64,000 nt of DNA from Pirellulales bacterium. GTDB lineage: Bacteria; Planctomycetota; Planctomycetia; Pirellulales; PALSA-1355. The stretch is from contig CAVTBU010000005.1 of assembly GCA_963733035.1 (NCBI GenBank), positions 512,001-576,000 of the forward strand. Direction: 5' to 3'. The notes below the pieces were generated by a model that saw only the letters and a program-made list of their open reading frames with translations, made no database searches and was not told the origin of the DNA. Shown in pieces: positions 19,641 to 29,967 of the stretch (position 1 is the stretch's first letter; each line of letters starts with the position of its first letter). The position numbers and the translations under genes are program-made.

Positions 19641-20650
19641 AAACCGCTTTGGCAATTGGGTTCTGCCTGCTGGCGGCGCTTCCCGCGCGCGCGCAACCAA
19701 CCGCGCACATTCACCCGGCCGTGGCGCGAATTGTCGCTCCCGGCGATGGGAGCATATCCTACGGCTCCGGTACGTTGGTCTATTCCAACGACAACTACGG
19801 CTTGGTGGTCACGAATTGGCACGTCGTCAACGAGGCGACGGGACCGATCTCGGTCCACTTTCCCGATGGCTTTTACTCCCTCGGCACAATCCAAAACGTC
19901 GACCGCGATTGGGACCTGGCTGTAATCGCCATTCGCCGCCCCAATGCCACTCCGGTACCAATTGCCACCGCCCCCCCCCGCCAAGGCGAAATCCTAACAA
20001 TCGCCGGATATGGTTCCGGCCAGTATCGAACAGCCAGCGGTCCCTGCACGCAATACGTTGCACCGGGGTTGGACTTTCCCTACGAAATGGTCGAAGTCGC
20101 CGTGTCAGCACGCCAAGGCGACTCGGGCGGTCCTATCTTCAACCAGCAGGGCCAGTTGGCTGGTGTTCTGTTTGGCGAAGGAAATGGACGTACCTCCGGT
20201 AGCTACTGCGGCCGCGTGCGGTGGTTTCTCACGAGCGTCGTGCCGCGTCTGCCGGATGAGTCCGCACTGGTCGCCGCACGGCCACTCGAATCGCTTCCGA
20301 AACGTCCAGCCGCGGTTATGACGGAAGCACCAACGGCCGCGGCAAGCCAAGCGAATCGCAGCCGGCCAGTCGCGGCCGTGGCGACAATGTCCGCGCAGGT
20401 GGGGCAGGCCACGGCTCCCCTTGAACCGCCCCACCAGCCAGCGGTTTCGGCTGCGGGAGATTCGGCACCCCTCGCCGCCAGCACGCCATTGTCCGAAGAT
20501 CAGTCGCCCCAGACGCTGCAAATTAGCTGGCAGGACATTGCCGGTGAAACTCTAGGCGAACAGGCCAAAACCTTGCTGGCGGGAATTGGCATCCTGGCTG
20601 TCCTGCTGCAAGTTCTACGCTGGTTAAGTCGCGAGGAGGCCGTCGCATAA
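19637..20650 (+). CDS. Secreted trypsin-like serine protease with an Ala/Pro-rich linker and C-terminal membrane anchor
   Basis: Signal peptide; triad motifs VTNWHV, DLAVI, GDSGGP; C-terminal TM segment. Confidence 0.9.
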   Translation: MKTALAIGFCLLAALPARAQPTAHIHPAVARIVAPGDGSISYGSGTLVYSNDNYGLVVTNWHVVNEATGPISVHFPDGFYSLGTIQNVDRDWDLAVIAIRRPNATPVPIATAPPRQGEILTIAGYGSGQYRTASGPCTQYVAPGLDFPYEMVEVAVSARQGDSGGPIFNQQGQLAGVLFGEGNGRTSGSYCGRVRWFLTSVVPRLPDESALVAARPLESLPKRPAAVMTEAPTAAASQANRSRPVAAVATMSAQVGQATAPLEPPHQPAVSAAGDSAPLAASTPLSEDQSPQTLQISWQDIAGETLGEQAKTLLAGIGILAVLLQVLRWLSREEAVA

Positions 20651-20808
20651 ATCTCGTTGGCACCAATCGACACCTCGGTAGGCGTGCTGACCCTGCTCGC
20701 CGTGGTCCCACACGGTAGAATAACGACGGTACCCCCGGGCATCCGAATGTCGGCAAACGTCAAATCCCCACACAGCCCTTTCGACCGCCCGCTGGAATTG
20801 CACGCTCT

Positions 20809-23800
20809 ATGGCCCGAACGGTCCAAAATGCGACTTCCGAAGCACAGCCGCCGCTAAGTCTGGCGGTGTTGCACGATGCGTTGCACGCCGTCGACCCGGC
20901 CGTACTGGTCGTGGCGCCGCGGATCGTGCGCCGGGTGATCAAGCAAGACGCCGGTGTGAGCAGCATTGGTCTGCGCGTGCCGCATCGCAAAACGTACGTA
21001 ATCGCGCGCGACAAGCTGCTGTCGATTGTCGATCGAGTCGACTTGGAAATCGACATCGACACGGAACTCCCTGAGCACGTAATCCTGGTTGCTCGACCGA
21101 CGAGCGAGGCGCTGGCGGAATTGTCGGGCGATGACTTGCTGCTCAAGTTCTGGCGGCAAGTATTCCATGCGCGAGTGCACTATTTGCTTGAGGAGAGAAT
21201 CGCGACCGGCAAGCTGACCGAAGCGGATGTTTGTTCGCGAATTCGCGAACTTGGCAGCACCGAGTTCGACGAGATCCGCGTGGTGCTACGCCAAGAAGAG
21301 TATCTGCTGCCGCCGCAAACCGATGTAACCGTTTATGTTGAGTTCGTCGCTGTGTATCTGGAACTGCGGTATTTCGTGCCCAGCTTCTTGCGCAGCTATT
21401 TTCCTTCGCTGTCGGACTTTCATCACATCGACGAAATGCTTCGTCGTGATCTTGACGGAGAGTCATTGCTCGCGGCAACGCGGCCAGCCGGCGCTCCCGA
21501 CCCGGTCATTCTCACCGAGGTTCCCAGTGCCGAACGGGTTATCGACCGCGTGGACAAAGCTCAGCCGCTTTTGCGGCCAGCGCGCATTCCGGCCCGGCGG
21601 CGATCGGATCGCCGGGCACAAACAATGCAAGCCCGCGCCAATCACGTGGCTGCGCTGGGAAACCTGGTCCGCTCCGCCATTCTTCACACCAGAGCCTCGC
21701 GGACGGCGAAGTCGGACCTGTCAATCACCCTTCGCGACGAAGCACGGTCCGACATTCTTCGCCTGGTCAAGCGACTGCAAGCCGCTTTAAACTTTACCGA
21801 CAAAGAAGGCGACGAATGGACGAAGGGGCTGTGCTCGTTGTTAGAACAATCCGCGCTGGGAATTTGGACGACGGAAGCCCGCGTACTGTACGACTTGCAG
21901 AAAGTATGCGTCGATCACGAGCGGGGCGTTTATACGCTGGACGTGTTCGGCTGGGCCTTCTCGTTGGGACGTAAGCCGCTCAAACGGTTTTTGCCCGGCC
22001 AGCGCGACGTGCTGATGTCGAAACATCTGCGCAGCGCCCAACGACGCCTGCCGGCCGCGCGGCTCTCGCACCGCGCCCGCAGCCGCCTCTCGGCACTGCT
22101 GGCGGCCGCCGTGCACCGGGCGGAAGGAAACTTGCGGGCTCGCTTCAAGCCCGTTGTGGAACGCGCACTCGACAAAGTCAAACTGCTACCGACCAATCCG
22201 CCGGAGCGGGTTGCCCGAAAGAAACTGGTCGACGAGATCCTCGACCGCATCGTCGAGCGCGGCTTCCTATCGATGAGCGATTTGCGCGATGGTTTGTCAC
22301 GCAATAACTTGAAGCTGCCGGACCTGGCCAGCACCCGGCAAGTATTCCGGGGCGACCAATTGATCCGCGCGGACCGTCAACTTGCCACGAGCCTCGACGG
22401 CGTGTATCGCGGGGCGGAAGCCTATCTGCGGTTTCCCCAGCGTCTCAGCTCGTTGGCCTTTGGCACCCCCGTCGGGCGATCACTGACGCGTTACATCGTG
22501 TTGCCGTTTGGCGGGGCGTTTCTGATTCTGGAAGGGTTGACGCATCTGGTGAATCCGGCACTGCACACGTTCGGCAACCCCAGGAACGTGCAGTTCATGA
22601 ATACCTATTCTCTGGTCGTCTTCGGCCTACTTTTGTTGGGTCTGATGCAGAACCAGCGATTTCGCGAACAAGTCCTGGAAGGCTTGGTCGTGCTGGGGCG
22701 ATTGGCACGCCGAGTGCTCGTCGATGTGCCAGCCTGGCTGATCAATCTGCCGTTGGTGCAATGGATCGCATCCAGTCGGCCGTTTCGCGTGTTCCGCCGC
22801 TACGTGTTCAAACCGCTGGTCGTCTCGGCACTGATCACGGCCGTGGTCTCGGTGTTGTCGGACGACTACATCACCTGGCGAAGCGGCATTTTGACGTTCA
22901 TTGCGGCAAGCGTGCTGTTGAATTCGCGCATTGGCCGCAACGTTGATGAGTTGATTACCGACTGGGTTGTCAGCGGCTGGCATCGACTACGGATACACGT
23001 CTTTGCCACGCTCTACCGTTTCATCATGGACGTATTCCATCGGATGCTCGAAGCGATCGAGCGTTTTTTGTACACGGTGGACGAGTGGTTGCGGTTTCGC
23101 GCCGGCGAAAGTCGCACTTCCACGGTTGTCAAAGCCATGCTCGGCTCGGTGTGGTTCTTCGTGAACTACGTAATTCGTTTCCTGGTCACCCTGATGATCG
23201 AGCCGCAGGTCAACCCGATTAAACATTTCCCCGTGGTCACGGTCTCGCACAAAGCTCTTTTGCCGCTGATCCTTACGATCCACAAGTCGCTGCAGGGTCC
23301 GCTGGGGACATGGGCCTGGCCGATCGCGGTCTTCATTCAATTCCTGTTCCCCGGCATGTTCGGCTTCTTGGTGTGGGAACTGAAAGAAAACTGGCGGCTG
23401 TACGCGGCCAACCGTCCGCAGAACTTGCAGCCCGTGGTCATCGGCCATCACGGCGAAACGATGATCCAGTTCCTGCGCCCGGGCTTTCGTTCGGGAACCA
23501 TTCCCAAGCTGTACGCCCGGCTTCGTCGCGCCAGTCGCAAGGCCTATTGGACGGGGAACTGGAAGGCGTGCAGCAAGTTTCTCAGCGGTCTGCACCACAC
23601 CAGCGAATCGATCCGCCGCTTCGTCGACCGCGAATTGCTGGAAGTGCTGCACGAAAGTCGCATTTGGGCCGATCGTTCGCTGGCCACCGGCGAAATCCGG
23701 CTCGGCTGCAATCGCATTCTGATCGAGCTGTATTGTCCCGATCTGTCCGAAGACAGCCTCTGGCTCTCGTTCGAGGATCAGGCTGGTTGGCTGATAGCCG

Positions 23801-24201
23801 GTATTCACCGCCGGGGTTGGGCCGACAGTCTTTCCTTTCAACAACGTCATACGTTCGCCAGCGCGCTGGCCGGCTTCTACAAAATGGCCGGCGTGGATCT
23901 GGTGCGCGAGCAAATTGAATCGCAACTCGCCCCGAACAGCCCTGGCTACGAAGTCACTGAAAAGGGGCTCGTTGTCTGGCCGCGACAGAACGGTCCCAAA
24001 GTGGTGTTTCCGCTGCGCGACTGGCCTCGGCCGGAAGAGGAAGCAGCCGCCGACCCAACGGCGCTTGCCGAGCGGGAAAAGTGGGTCTTCGCGGCCACTC
24101 CCATCTCCTGGCGCCGCTGGGTCGTCACCTGGGAGCTCGATCAGCTCGGTGGCGCGTCCAAACATCAAGTACTCGACGACCTTCCGCTGCTGCCAACCTG
24201 A
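20809..24201 (+). CDS. Large (1130 aa) hypothetical integral membrane protein
   Basis: Long uninterrupted ORF: Arg/Leu-rich helical N-half, several TM segments in the middle, soluble C-terminus. No motif recognised. Confidence 0.8.
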   Translation: MARTVQNATSEAQPPLSLAVLHDALHAVDPAVLVVAPRIVRRVIKQDAGVSSIGLRVPHRKTYVIARDKLLSIVDRVDLEIDIDTELPEHVILVARPTSEALAELSGDDLLLKFWRQVFHARVHYLLEERIATGKLTEADVCSRIRELGSTEFDEIRVVLRQEEYLLPPQTDVTVYVEFVAVYLELRYFVPSFLRSYFPSLSDFHHIDEMLRRDLDGESLLAATRPAGAPDPVILTEVPSAERVIDRVDKAQPLLRPARIPARRRSDRRAQTMQARANHVAALGNLVRSAILHTRASRTAKSDLSITLRDEARSDILRLVKRLQAALNFTDKEGDEWTKGLCSLLEQSALGIWTTEARVLYDLQKVCVDHERGVYTLDVFGWAFSLGRKPLKRFLPGQRDVLMSKHLRSAQRRLPAARLSHRARSRLSALLAAAVHRAEGNLRARFKPVVERALDKVKLLPTNPPERVARKKLVDEILDRIVERGFLSMSDLRDGLSRNNLKLPDLASTRQVFRGDQLIRADRQLATSLDGVYRGAEAYLRFPQRLSSLAFGTPVGRSLTRYIVLPFGGAFLILEGLTHLVNPALHTFGNPRNVQFMNTYSLVVFGLLLLGLMQNQRFREQVLEGLVVLGRLARRVLVDVPAWLINLPLVQWIASSRPFRVFRRYVFKPLVVSALITAVVSVLSDDYITWRSGILTFIAASVLLNSRIGRNVDELITDWVVSGWHRLRIHVFATLYRFIMDVFHRMLEAIERFLYTVDEWLRFRAGESRTSTVVKAMLGSVWFFVNYVIRFLVTLMIEPQVNPIKHFPVVTVSHKALLPLILTIHKSLQGPLGTWAWPIAVFIQFLFPGMFGFLVWELKENWRLYAANRPQNLQPVVIGHHGETMIQFLRPGFRSGTIPKLYARLRRASRKAYWTGNWKACSKFLSGLHHTSESIRRFVDRELLEVLHESRIWADRSLATGEIRLGCNRILIELYCPDLSEDSLWLSFEDQAGWLIAGIHRRGWADSLSFQQRHTFASALAGFYKMAGVDLVREQIESQLAPNSPGYEVTEKGLVVWPRQNGPKVVFPLRDWPRPEEEAAADPTALAEREKWVFAATPISWRRWVVTWELDQLGGASKHQVLDDLPLLPT

Positions 24202-24224
24202 ATCGCCCTGGTTGTTGCGTCAAG

Positions 24225-27200
24225 TTAACGCAACGACTCCAGATAAGCGATCAAGTCTCCCAATTCCTGCTGCGAAAGCACCTTGTCGAGGCCCTGGGGC
24301 ATGATCGAGGTTGCATTGGGCACCAACTGCTCGATCTCCTCGCGCGGCACGCGAATTTCCGTGCGATCGGTGGTCCGCAGGTAAACCGCCGTTGCCGTCT
24401 GGCGCCCGAGCAGGCCCGTATGAACCTGGCCGTTCTTGGTCATTACGCCAAAGCTCTCGTATCCGCGCGCCAGACTCGCGCTGGGAAACAGGATGGCTTC
24501 GGCCAGGTCGCGCCGGGCCCGAACGGCGCCGATGGAGCTCAGGTCGGGTCCAATCTTCTCACCGCGCTGCGCAATGCGATGGCAAGCCGCACAAGCTGCC
24601 CGTTGGCTGTAAAAGACGTCTTCGCCCCGCGCCGCATCGCCCTCTGCGGTCTCCAAAAACGCATTAATCTTCGCCGCACGCTCGCTGTCATTTGCGTCCT
24701 GCGCGGAAAGCAACGCATCGCCCGAGCGTTGCACGTCGGCCGGATAGTGGGCCAGCGCATCGCGAAGCCGAGCGGCATTCAAACTGCGACTGGAAGCCGC
24801 GGATTTGAGCACCGCGACCAACGCCTTGCCGGTGTCCGGATCCGCATCTCCCTCGAATGCCTTAACCAGCCAAGACGTTTCCAAGGGGCTCGACGTTTCA
24901 AGAATCGGGAGGATCGCCCGCCGCTGGTCCGTCGTCAATCGGAACTCGCCAAGCGCTTCGGCCGCAGTCAACCGCTGCTGCATCGCATCAGGCTCGTCGA
25001 ATTGGCGCCGCAAGAGCGTAAAGCCCTTGTTGGGTAGCGGTCGCTCCGTGTCGGCCGCCGCGCGCAAGGCCGCGACGCGAATCTCCGCGGGCTGCTCGAC
25101 GTCGAGGCCGATGGCCATTAAGGTCTCCGCCAACCGACCAGGAGCAACCTGCGCGGCCGTAAGAATGGTTTGCCGTATCAGGGCCGGATCGCGCTGACCC
25201 AGGTTGGCGGCCAGGGCTTCGTCGAAGCCCTTCGGTTCGGAACCTACGTCGGCCGCCGCAAGCGCTTCGAGCAGAACCAGACGAGTCGCTGGCGATGTGT
25301 GCAGATCGCCAAGCGCCTTGGCAACCAGTTGCTGCACCGCTGGTCGCCCTAGTAATGCCGAAGCGGCACCGCGAAGCATGTCGAGTTGTTGGGAAGTCGG
25401 TTCGTCGAGCGACAGCCAGTCGGCAAGCGTGCCGTCCAGTTCATCCGTCCAATCCGGGTGCCGCCCCAAAACGTCCACAACGGCGTTGAGCAAGTCGGCA
25501 TCATCACTGGCCAACAGCGGAGCGATCCTATCGCGAGTGAGGTTCCCCGCATTCATTTGGTCGAGCGCGATCAGTGCCCCCCTGCGAACTGAGGGACTAT
25601 TTTCGTCCAAGCCGGCCAAGGTCGACTCTCGGTCGTTGATCTCGATGAGTGCGTATATCAAGGCATGCTCTTCGAAACGATCGGCCGGTTTCACCAGGGC
25701 CTTGAGAATGGCCGGCACGGCCTCCGCCCGTCCAAGCCTGCCGAGCGCGGTGGCGGCCTCGCGGCGAACCGGCGCTTCGTCGTGGAGCAGGCGGTCGATA
25801 AGCGACAAGATGGCCTCCGCGTCGCGGATGTCACCCACGGCTTTTACCGCAGCGACTCGCCCCGGCACGTCGTCGTCCGAGAGTGCCTGCCGCAACAGCA
25901 GCCGTGAGTTTTCGGTGTTGATCCGAGCCAAGGCCCACATGGCATTTTCCCGCGAGCGATACCCGCCTTCGAACAGCGCCGTGGCGAGGGCCCCCATGGC
26001 TGCGTCGCCGCGCGGAACCAAGAACTCGATCGCACGTTCGACAACCGCTGGTCGCGGGTCGCCAAAAAGGTCGGCCATTTCCGTGTCGGAAGTCGTCTCC
26101 CAGTCGATTTCGAGGCCGCGAGGATCGCTGACCGCCACGGCATCTTTTTTTCGAATACGGTAAATCGCGCCGCCAATATCGGGTTTGGCGATCTGCGACG
26201 TCGGACAACCGATGCGGAACCAACCCCCAGTGTCGATGACGAGCAGGCTGCCGTCGGCATCGACCAACACGTCGGTGGGGTGGAAGTCGCCATTGGTCGA
26301 AACCAGGAAGTCTTCATCCCGCGCGGTGAACGTTGCTCCCTGCCGCGCGAGTACATGTCGCAAGATCTTGTGCGTGTTGAAATGGGCCGAGAAGAAGTTG
26401 TCTCGATATTCATCGCCCCAGGCCGCGTTATTCTGGCGCGTCAGTCCCGAGGGAGCAGTGACGCCGAAGCGGCTAAGTGCCGGCATCAGAGGGCCCGTAC
26501 GTTTGAATTCACTAATGCAGGGATGCTTCTTCGGATAAACACCGCCGTACACGTAATGCACCACGGCATCGTGGCGAGATTCGTCGGGGTTGTAGAAGGT
26601 CATGGTTCCCAGTGGTTCGCCTTCGGAAGTGAAAGCTAACTCGACGGGATTATCCATGCCGCCGCCACAGAACACCTCGACGTCGCTACCGTCAGGCCGG
26701 CACGTAAAGATGCGGGCTGCCTCGCCTTTGCTGGTGGTCTGACCCGCGCTGTCCTTGAACTCGTGGCCGTGCCGGCCATCGCACCAGGCAATGCGACCAC
26801 TAGGCGTGACGAAGCAACCGTGAATGTCGGCAGCGTTGCCCGTGTAACCAAACCTGCCGACGATGGCCGTCCGCTCATCAGCCACACCATCGTCGTCGGT
26901 ATCAACCAGTCTCCAGATATTTGGCGGACTGGCGACATACAGCGCGCCGCGAAACCAAACCGCTCCCTGAGGAAACGTCATCTTGTCGGCAAACGTCGTG
27001 GCCCGGTCGAAGCGCCCGTCACCGTCGGTATCCTCCAGCCGGCGGATGAAGTTGGGCTGTTGCTTTTCGAGTTCCTCGGCGGGCAGGTTCAGCCCCGCGT
27101 TGTCGGCCACATAAAGCCGCCCCAATTCGTCAAAGCCGCCCATCAGCGGGTGCTCGACCAACGGCGCTGCCGCGACCAATTCGACGGTGAAGCCCTCGGG

Positions 27201-27305
27201 TACGCGCAGCGTCGCCAGAGTTTCGGTGGGAGTCGCCGCGATACCCATCCGCGCGGCGAGGAAACACGACAAAGCCACAAGCACGGCGAAGCGGCGAAAC
27301 TGCAT
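24225..27305 (-). CDS. PVC-type heme-binding CxxCH protein (dehydrogenase-like propeller + HEAT repeats + cytochrome c)
   Basis: VPEGFTVELVAAAPLV, DTDGDGRFD, HEAT repeats, CAACH, GPDLSSIG, SIMPQGL. Confidence 0.92.
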   Translation of the reverse strand: MQFRRFAVLVALSCFLAARMGIAATPTETLATLRVPEGFTVELVAAAPLVEHPLMGGFDELGRLYVADNAGLNLPAEELEKQQPNFIRRLEDTDGDGRFDRATTFADKMTFPQGAVWFRGALYVASPPNIWRLVDTDDDGVADERTAIVGRFGYTGNAADIHGCFVTPSGRIAWCDGRHGHEFKDSAGQTTSKGEAARIFTCRPDGSDVEVFCGGGMDNPVELAFTSEGEPLGTMTFYNPDESRHDAVVHYVYGGVYPKKHPCISEFKRTGPLMPALSRFGVTAPSGLTRQNNAAWGDEYRDNFFSAHFNTHKILRHVLARQGATFTARDEDFLVSTNGDFHPTDVLVDADGSLLVIDTGGWFRIGCPTSQIAKPDIGGAIYRIRKKDAVAVSDPRGLEIDWETTSDTEMADLFGDPRPAVVERAIEFLVPRGDAAMGALATALFEGGYRSRENAMWALARINTENSRLLLRQALSDDDVPGRVAAVKAVGDIRDAEAILSLIDRLLHDEAPVRREAATALGRLGRAEAVPAILKALVKPADRFEEHALIYALIEINDRESTLAGLDENSPSVRRGALIALDQMNAGNLTRDRIAPLLASDDADLLNAVVDVLGRHPDWTDELDGTLADWLSLDEPTSQQLDMLRGAASALLGRPAVQQLVAKALGDLHTSPATRLVLLEALAAADVGSEPKGFDEALAANLGQRDPALIRQTILTAAQVAPGRLAETLMAIGLDVEQPAEIRVAALRAAADTERPLPNKGFTLLRRQFDEPDAMQQRLTAAEALGEFRLTTDQRRAILPILETSSPLETSWLVKAFEGDADPDTGKALVAVLKSAASSRSLNAARLRDALAHYPADVQRSGDALLSAQDANDSERAAKINAFLETAEGDAARGEDVFYSQRAACAACHRIAQRGEKIGPDLSSIGAVRARRDLAEAILFPSASLARGYESFGVMTKNGQVHTGLLGRQTATAVYLRTTDRTEIRVPREEIEQLVPNATSIMPQGLDKVLSQQELGDLIAYLESLR

Positions 27306-27343
27306 CGATGTTCTTCGCGAAAACCGAGTTCTAAAAACGGAAA

Positions 27344-28741
27344 CTACTCTTTGGTTTTGTCGTCCTGGGCGTCATCAGCGGCCGCGTCCTTTTCCTTACG
27401 GGCAGCTTGAGCGTCCGCCTTCTTCTTGGCGGCGGCCAGCGTTTCGGCGGCCAGATCCTTCCCCTCGACAAGCGATTCCAGATCCTTAGTGAGCGACTCC
27501 TCGAGATTTGGCGAGAGACCGATCTTCACGACCTGCACCGAACCGTCCTTGCCGACGAGCACCGTCTGCGGAATCGCTTCGGCCAGGTAGGCGCGAGCGG
27601 TTTTACCATCTCGGTCGAGTGCCACCGAGACGTCACCAAGCTTGGCCTCCTCCAGGAACGCCTTGATTTCGTCGTCCCCTTCCTGCAAGTTCACCGCGTA
27701 CAACTCGACGCCCTTGTCCTTGAACTTGGCCGCCACCTTCTCGATGACGGGCATCGCCTGCACGCACGGCCCGCACCAGGTGGCCCAAAAGTCGAGGATC
27801 ACAATTTTCTTGCCCTTGAGGCTGGTCAAATCCAGTTTGCCGCCGCCGAGCAATTCCAACTCGATCGGCGGGGCCGGCTGACCGAGCAGCGCATGCGGAG
27901 CCGGTTCCGCGCTGGCGCGGCCGGTGATCATTTCCATCAGCGAATCGACCTTCGTGGCATCCTCTGGCGCCTTGAAGGCGAAGTCGGCATCGTCGAACTT
28001 CGGACCGACTTGCCAGTCGCTGTAGCTGACGACGTTCGTAATTTTCATATCCGCGAACGGAGACTTCTGTCCTCCCTCGGCCATGCGGGCAAAAGCCTTC
28101 TTCAGATCGGGGACAAACTGCCGCACCAAGGGCTGCTTGCCGGCGTCAATCCAGATTTCCCAATCAAACTGTTCCTGCGTTGCCTTGATCACGTGGCACT
28201 TGAACTCGCCTAGTTCGGCGATGCCGCCGTACTGCACGGTTTGCGTGCCGTCGAGCAGGCTGCCGGCCGGATCGTCGGAGAGCATGGCCACCATTGCACC
28301 GCCGGCATTGCCGAAGCCAATCGAACCCAAGATGATTGGATTTTGAAACAACTCGGCAAACGTGGGAGGCGCCTCTTCGACGGCATACTTGTTGAACGAC
28401 GTGACAAATACAGACAGGTTCGTGCCATCGCTTACAATCGAGGCCCCACCCTGGGGTGACTCGAGTTTGTAAGAGAGTTTATTCGGCCGCTCGGCCGCAA
28501 AGTGCTGCGTAAAGTCCTGAGTTTGCTCTTGCCCCTTCTGCTCCACTGTCAGTGCGATTTTTACCGTCACTTTAAAGCCATCGAGCTTGCCATAGAACTT
28601 GCCAAACTCGTCCAAGACTTTCTTGGCTTTCGGATCGACTTCGGAGTCCGCGGCAGTGGCGGTTCGAGAAACGAGCGCGGCACCGGCAATGAGGGCCAGC
28701 GTGAACGCAATCGTGCGGACGGTGCGATGTCGAGTAAACAT
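27344..28741 (-). CDS. Periplasmic DUF2092 (LolA-like) domain fused to a TlpA-family thioredoxin
   Basis: Signal peptide; AERPNKL and WEIWIDAGKQPL in the N-domain; DFWATWCGPC. Confidence 0.87.
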   Translation of the reverse strand: MFTRHRTVRTIAFTLALIAGAALVSRTATAADSEVDPKAKKVLDEFGKFYGKLDGFKVTVKIALTVEQKGQEQTQDFTQHFAAERPNKLSYKLESPQGGASIVSDGTNLSVFVTSFNKYAVEEAPPTFAELFQNPIILGSIGFGNAGGAMVAMLSDDPAGSLLDGTQTVQYGGIAELGEFKCHVIKATQEQFDWEIWIDAGKQPLVRQFVPDLKKAFARMAEGGQKSPFADMKITNVVSYSDWQVGPKFDDADFAFKAPEDATKVDSLMEMITGRASAEPAPHALLGQPAPPIELELLGGGKLDLTSLKGKKIVILDFWATWCGPCVQAMPVIEKVAAKFKDKGVELYAVNLQEGDDEIKAFLEEAKLGDVSVALDRDGKTARAYLAEAIPQTVLVGKDGSVQVVKIGLSPNLEESLTKDLESLVEGKDLAAETLAAAKKKADAQAARKEKDAAADDAQDDKTKE

Positions 28742-28986
28742 GACGGGCATCCTGTGGGAGGAGTGATGGTAAGGCGGAGGCATCAATCAGGCAGGAACTC
28801 GGGCCCGAGGGTACTCCCACAGACCCGCTAACAGCATAGCACCCTTGCCCGGCGGGGGCCACTCTTCGCACCGCGGCCCCCCACGTTTTCGCGGCGTTGC
28901 GCGTCGCTTTGGGTGCTCCGCGCGGGTACGATTGAGCCAATTTGCCATTCCGCCCCGCCTCCGGCGCTACACCAGGGAACGCTGCC

Positions 28987-29871
28987 ATGCAACGCTTGTC
29001 GCTCGGTCCGTTGTACTATGAATTCAGTCGTCATTTTGAGCCCCGACTGCGCATTACGTCAGGCGAAACGATCGTTGTCGAGAGCGAGGATGCGTTCAGC
29101 GGACAAATCCGCACCACAGACGACCGGCGAAACAAAGCCACCATGCCCTACAGCAATCCGCAAACGGGACCAATTTGGATCGAAGGGGCCGAACCGGGCG
29201 ATTCACTCGCCGTGACCATCAACTCGATCGAGCCAACGCTCGGTCAATGTTGCACGCGCACCAGCGACCCCAAACAACTCGCCGAATGGCTCGGAGACGA
29301 TTGTCCACACGGCACGCATGTCTGTCCGATCCGCGACGGCCAGATTCACTGGAGCGACTCGATCACGATTCCCTATGCACCGATGCTTGGCTGCATCGGC
29401 ACTGCCCCACATTGGGGCTCACCCACGACGCTGCCGGCGGGACCACACGGCGGCAACCTGGACATTGTCGAAGTTTGCCCCGGCAGTACGATCCATTTGC
29501 CGGTTTTTGTTGCTGGCGGCTACCTCTACCTCGGCGATGCCCATGCTGCCATGGGCCACGGCGAGCTTTCGGCCAGCGGACTGGAAATGCCGGCCGAGAG
29601 CACGATCACCGTCCGGTTGGAAAAAGGGCGTTTGATTCCTGGCCCGCGGATCGAAACCGCCACGGAAATCATGACCGTTGTCAGCGGCACCCCGATGGAA
29701 CGATCGGCCGCCCAAGCCTTCGCCGAACTCATCCAATGGATGGAAGCCGACTATGGGTGGAATCGCTGGCAAGCCTACGATCTGCTTACGCACGTGGCCC
29801 AAACGTCTCTCGGCTACTACGGCATCGGTACCATCGGCGTGAAGGTGGCCAAACGGTATCTGCAAACGTAG
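28987..29871 (+). CDS. Acetamidase/formamidase family protein
   Basis: NPQTGPIWIEGAEPGD, PMLGCIGTAP, HGGNLD, GDAHAAMGHGE. Confidence 0.9.
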   Translation: MQRLSLGPLYYEFSRHFEPRLRITSGETIVVESEDAFSGQIRTTDDRRNKATMPYSNPQTGPIWIEGAEPGDSLAVTINSIEPTLGQCCTRTSDPKQLAEWLGDDCPHGTHVCPIRDGQIHWSDSITIPYAPMLGCIGTAPHWGSPTTLPAGPHGGNLDIVEVCPGSTIHLPVFVAGGYLYLGDAHAAMGHGELSASGLEMPAESTITVRLEKGRLIPGPRIETATEIMTVVSGTPMERSAAQAFAELIQWMEADYGWNRWQAYDLLTHVAQTSLGYYGIGTIGVKVAKRYLQT

Positions 29872-29967
29872 CCAGGGCGACCGCAAAGTTTGCCGGGACC
29901 CGTCGCCGGCATTAGAATCCGCCTTTGCCAAGCCAACCAGCCACCACATGCTTACAGGGAACCGATC

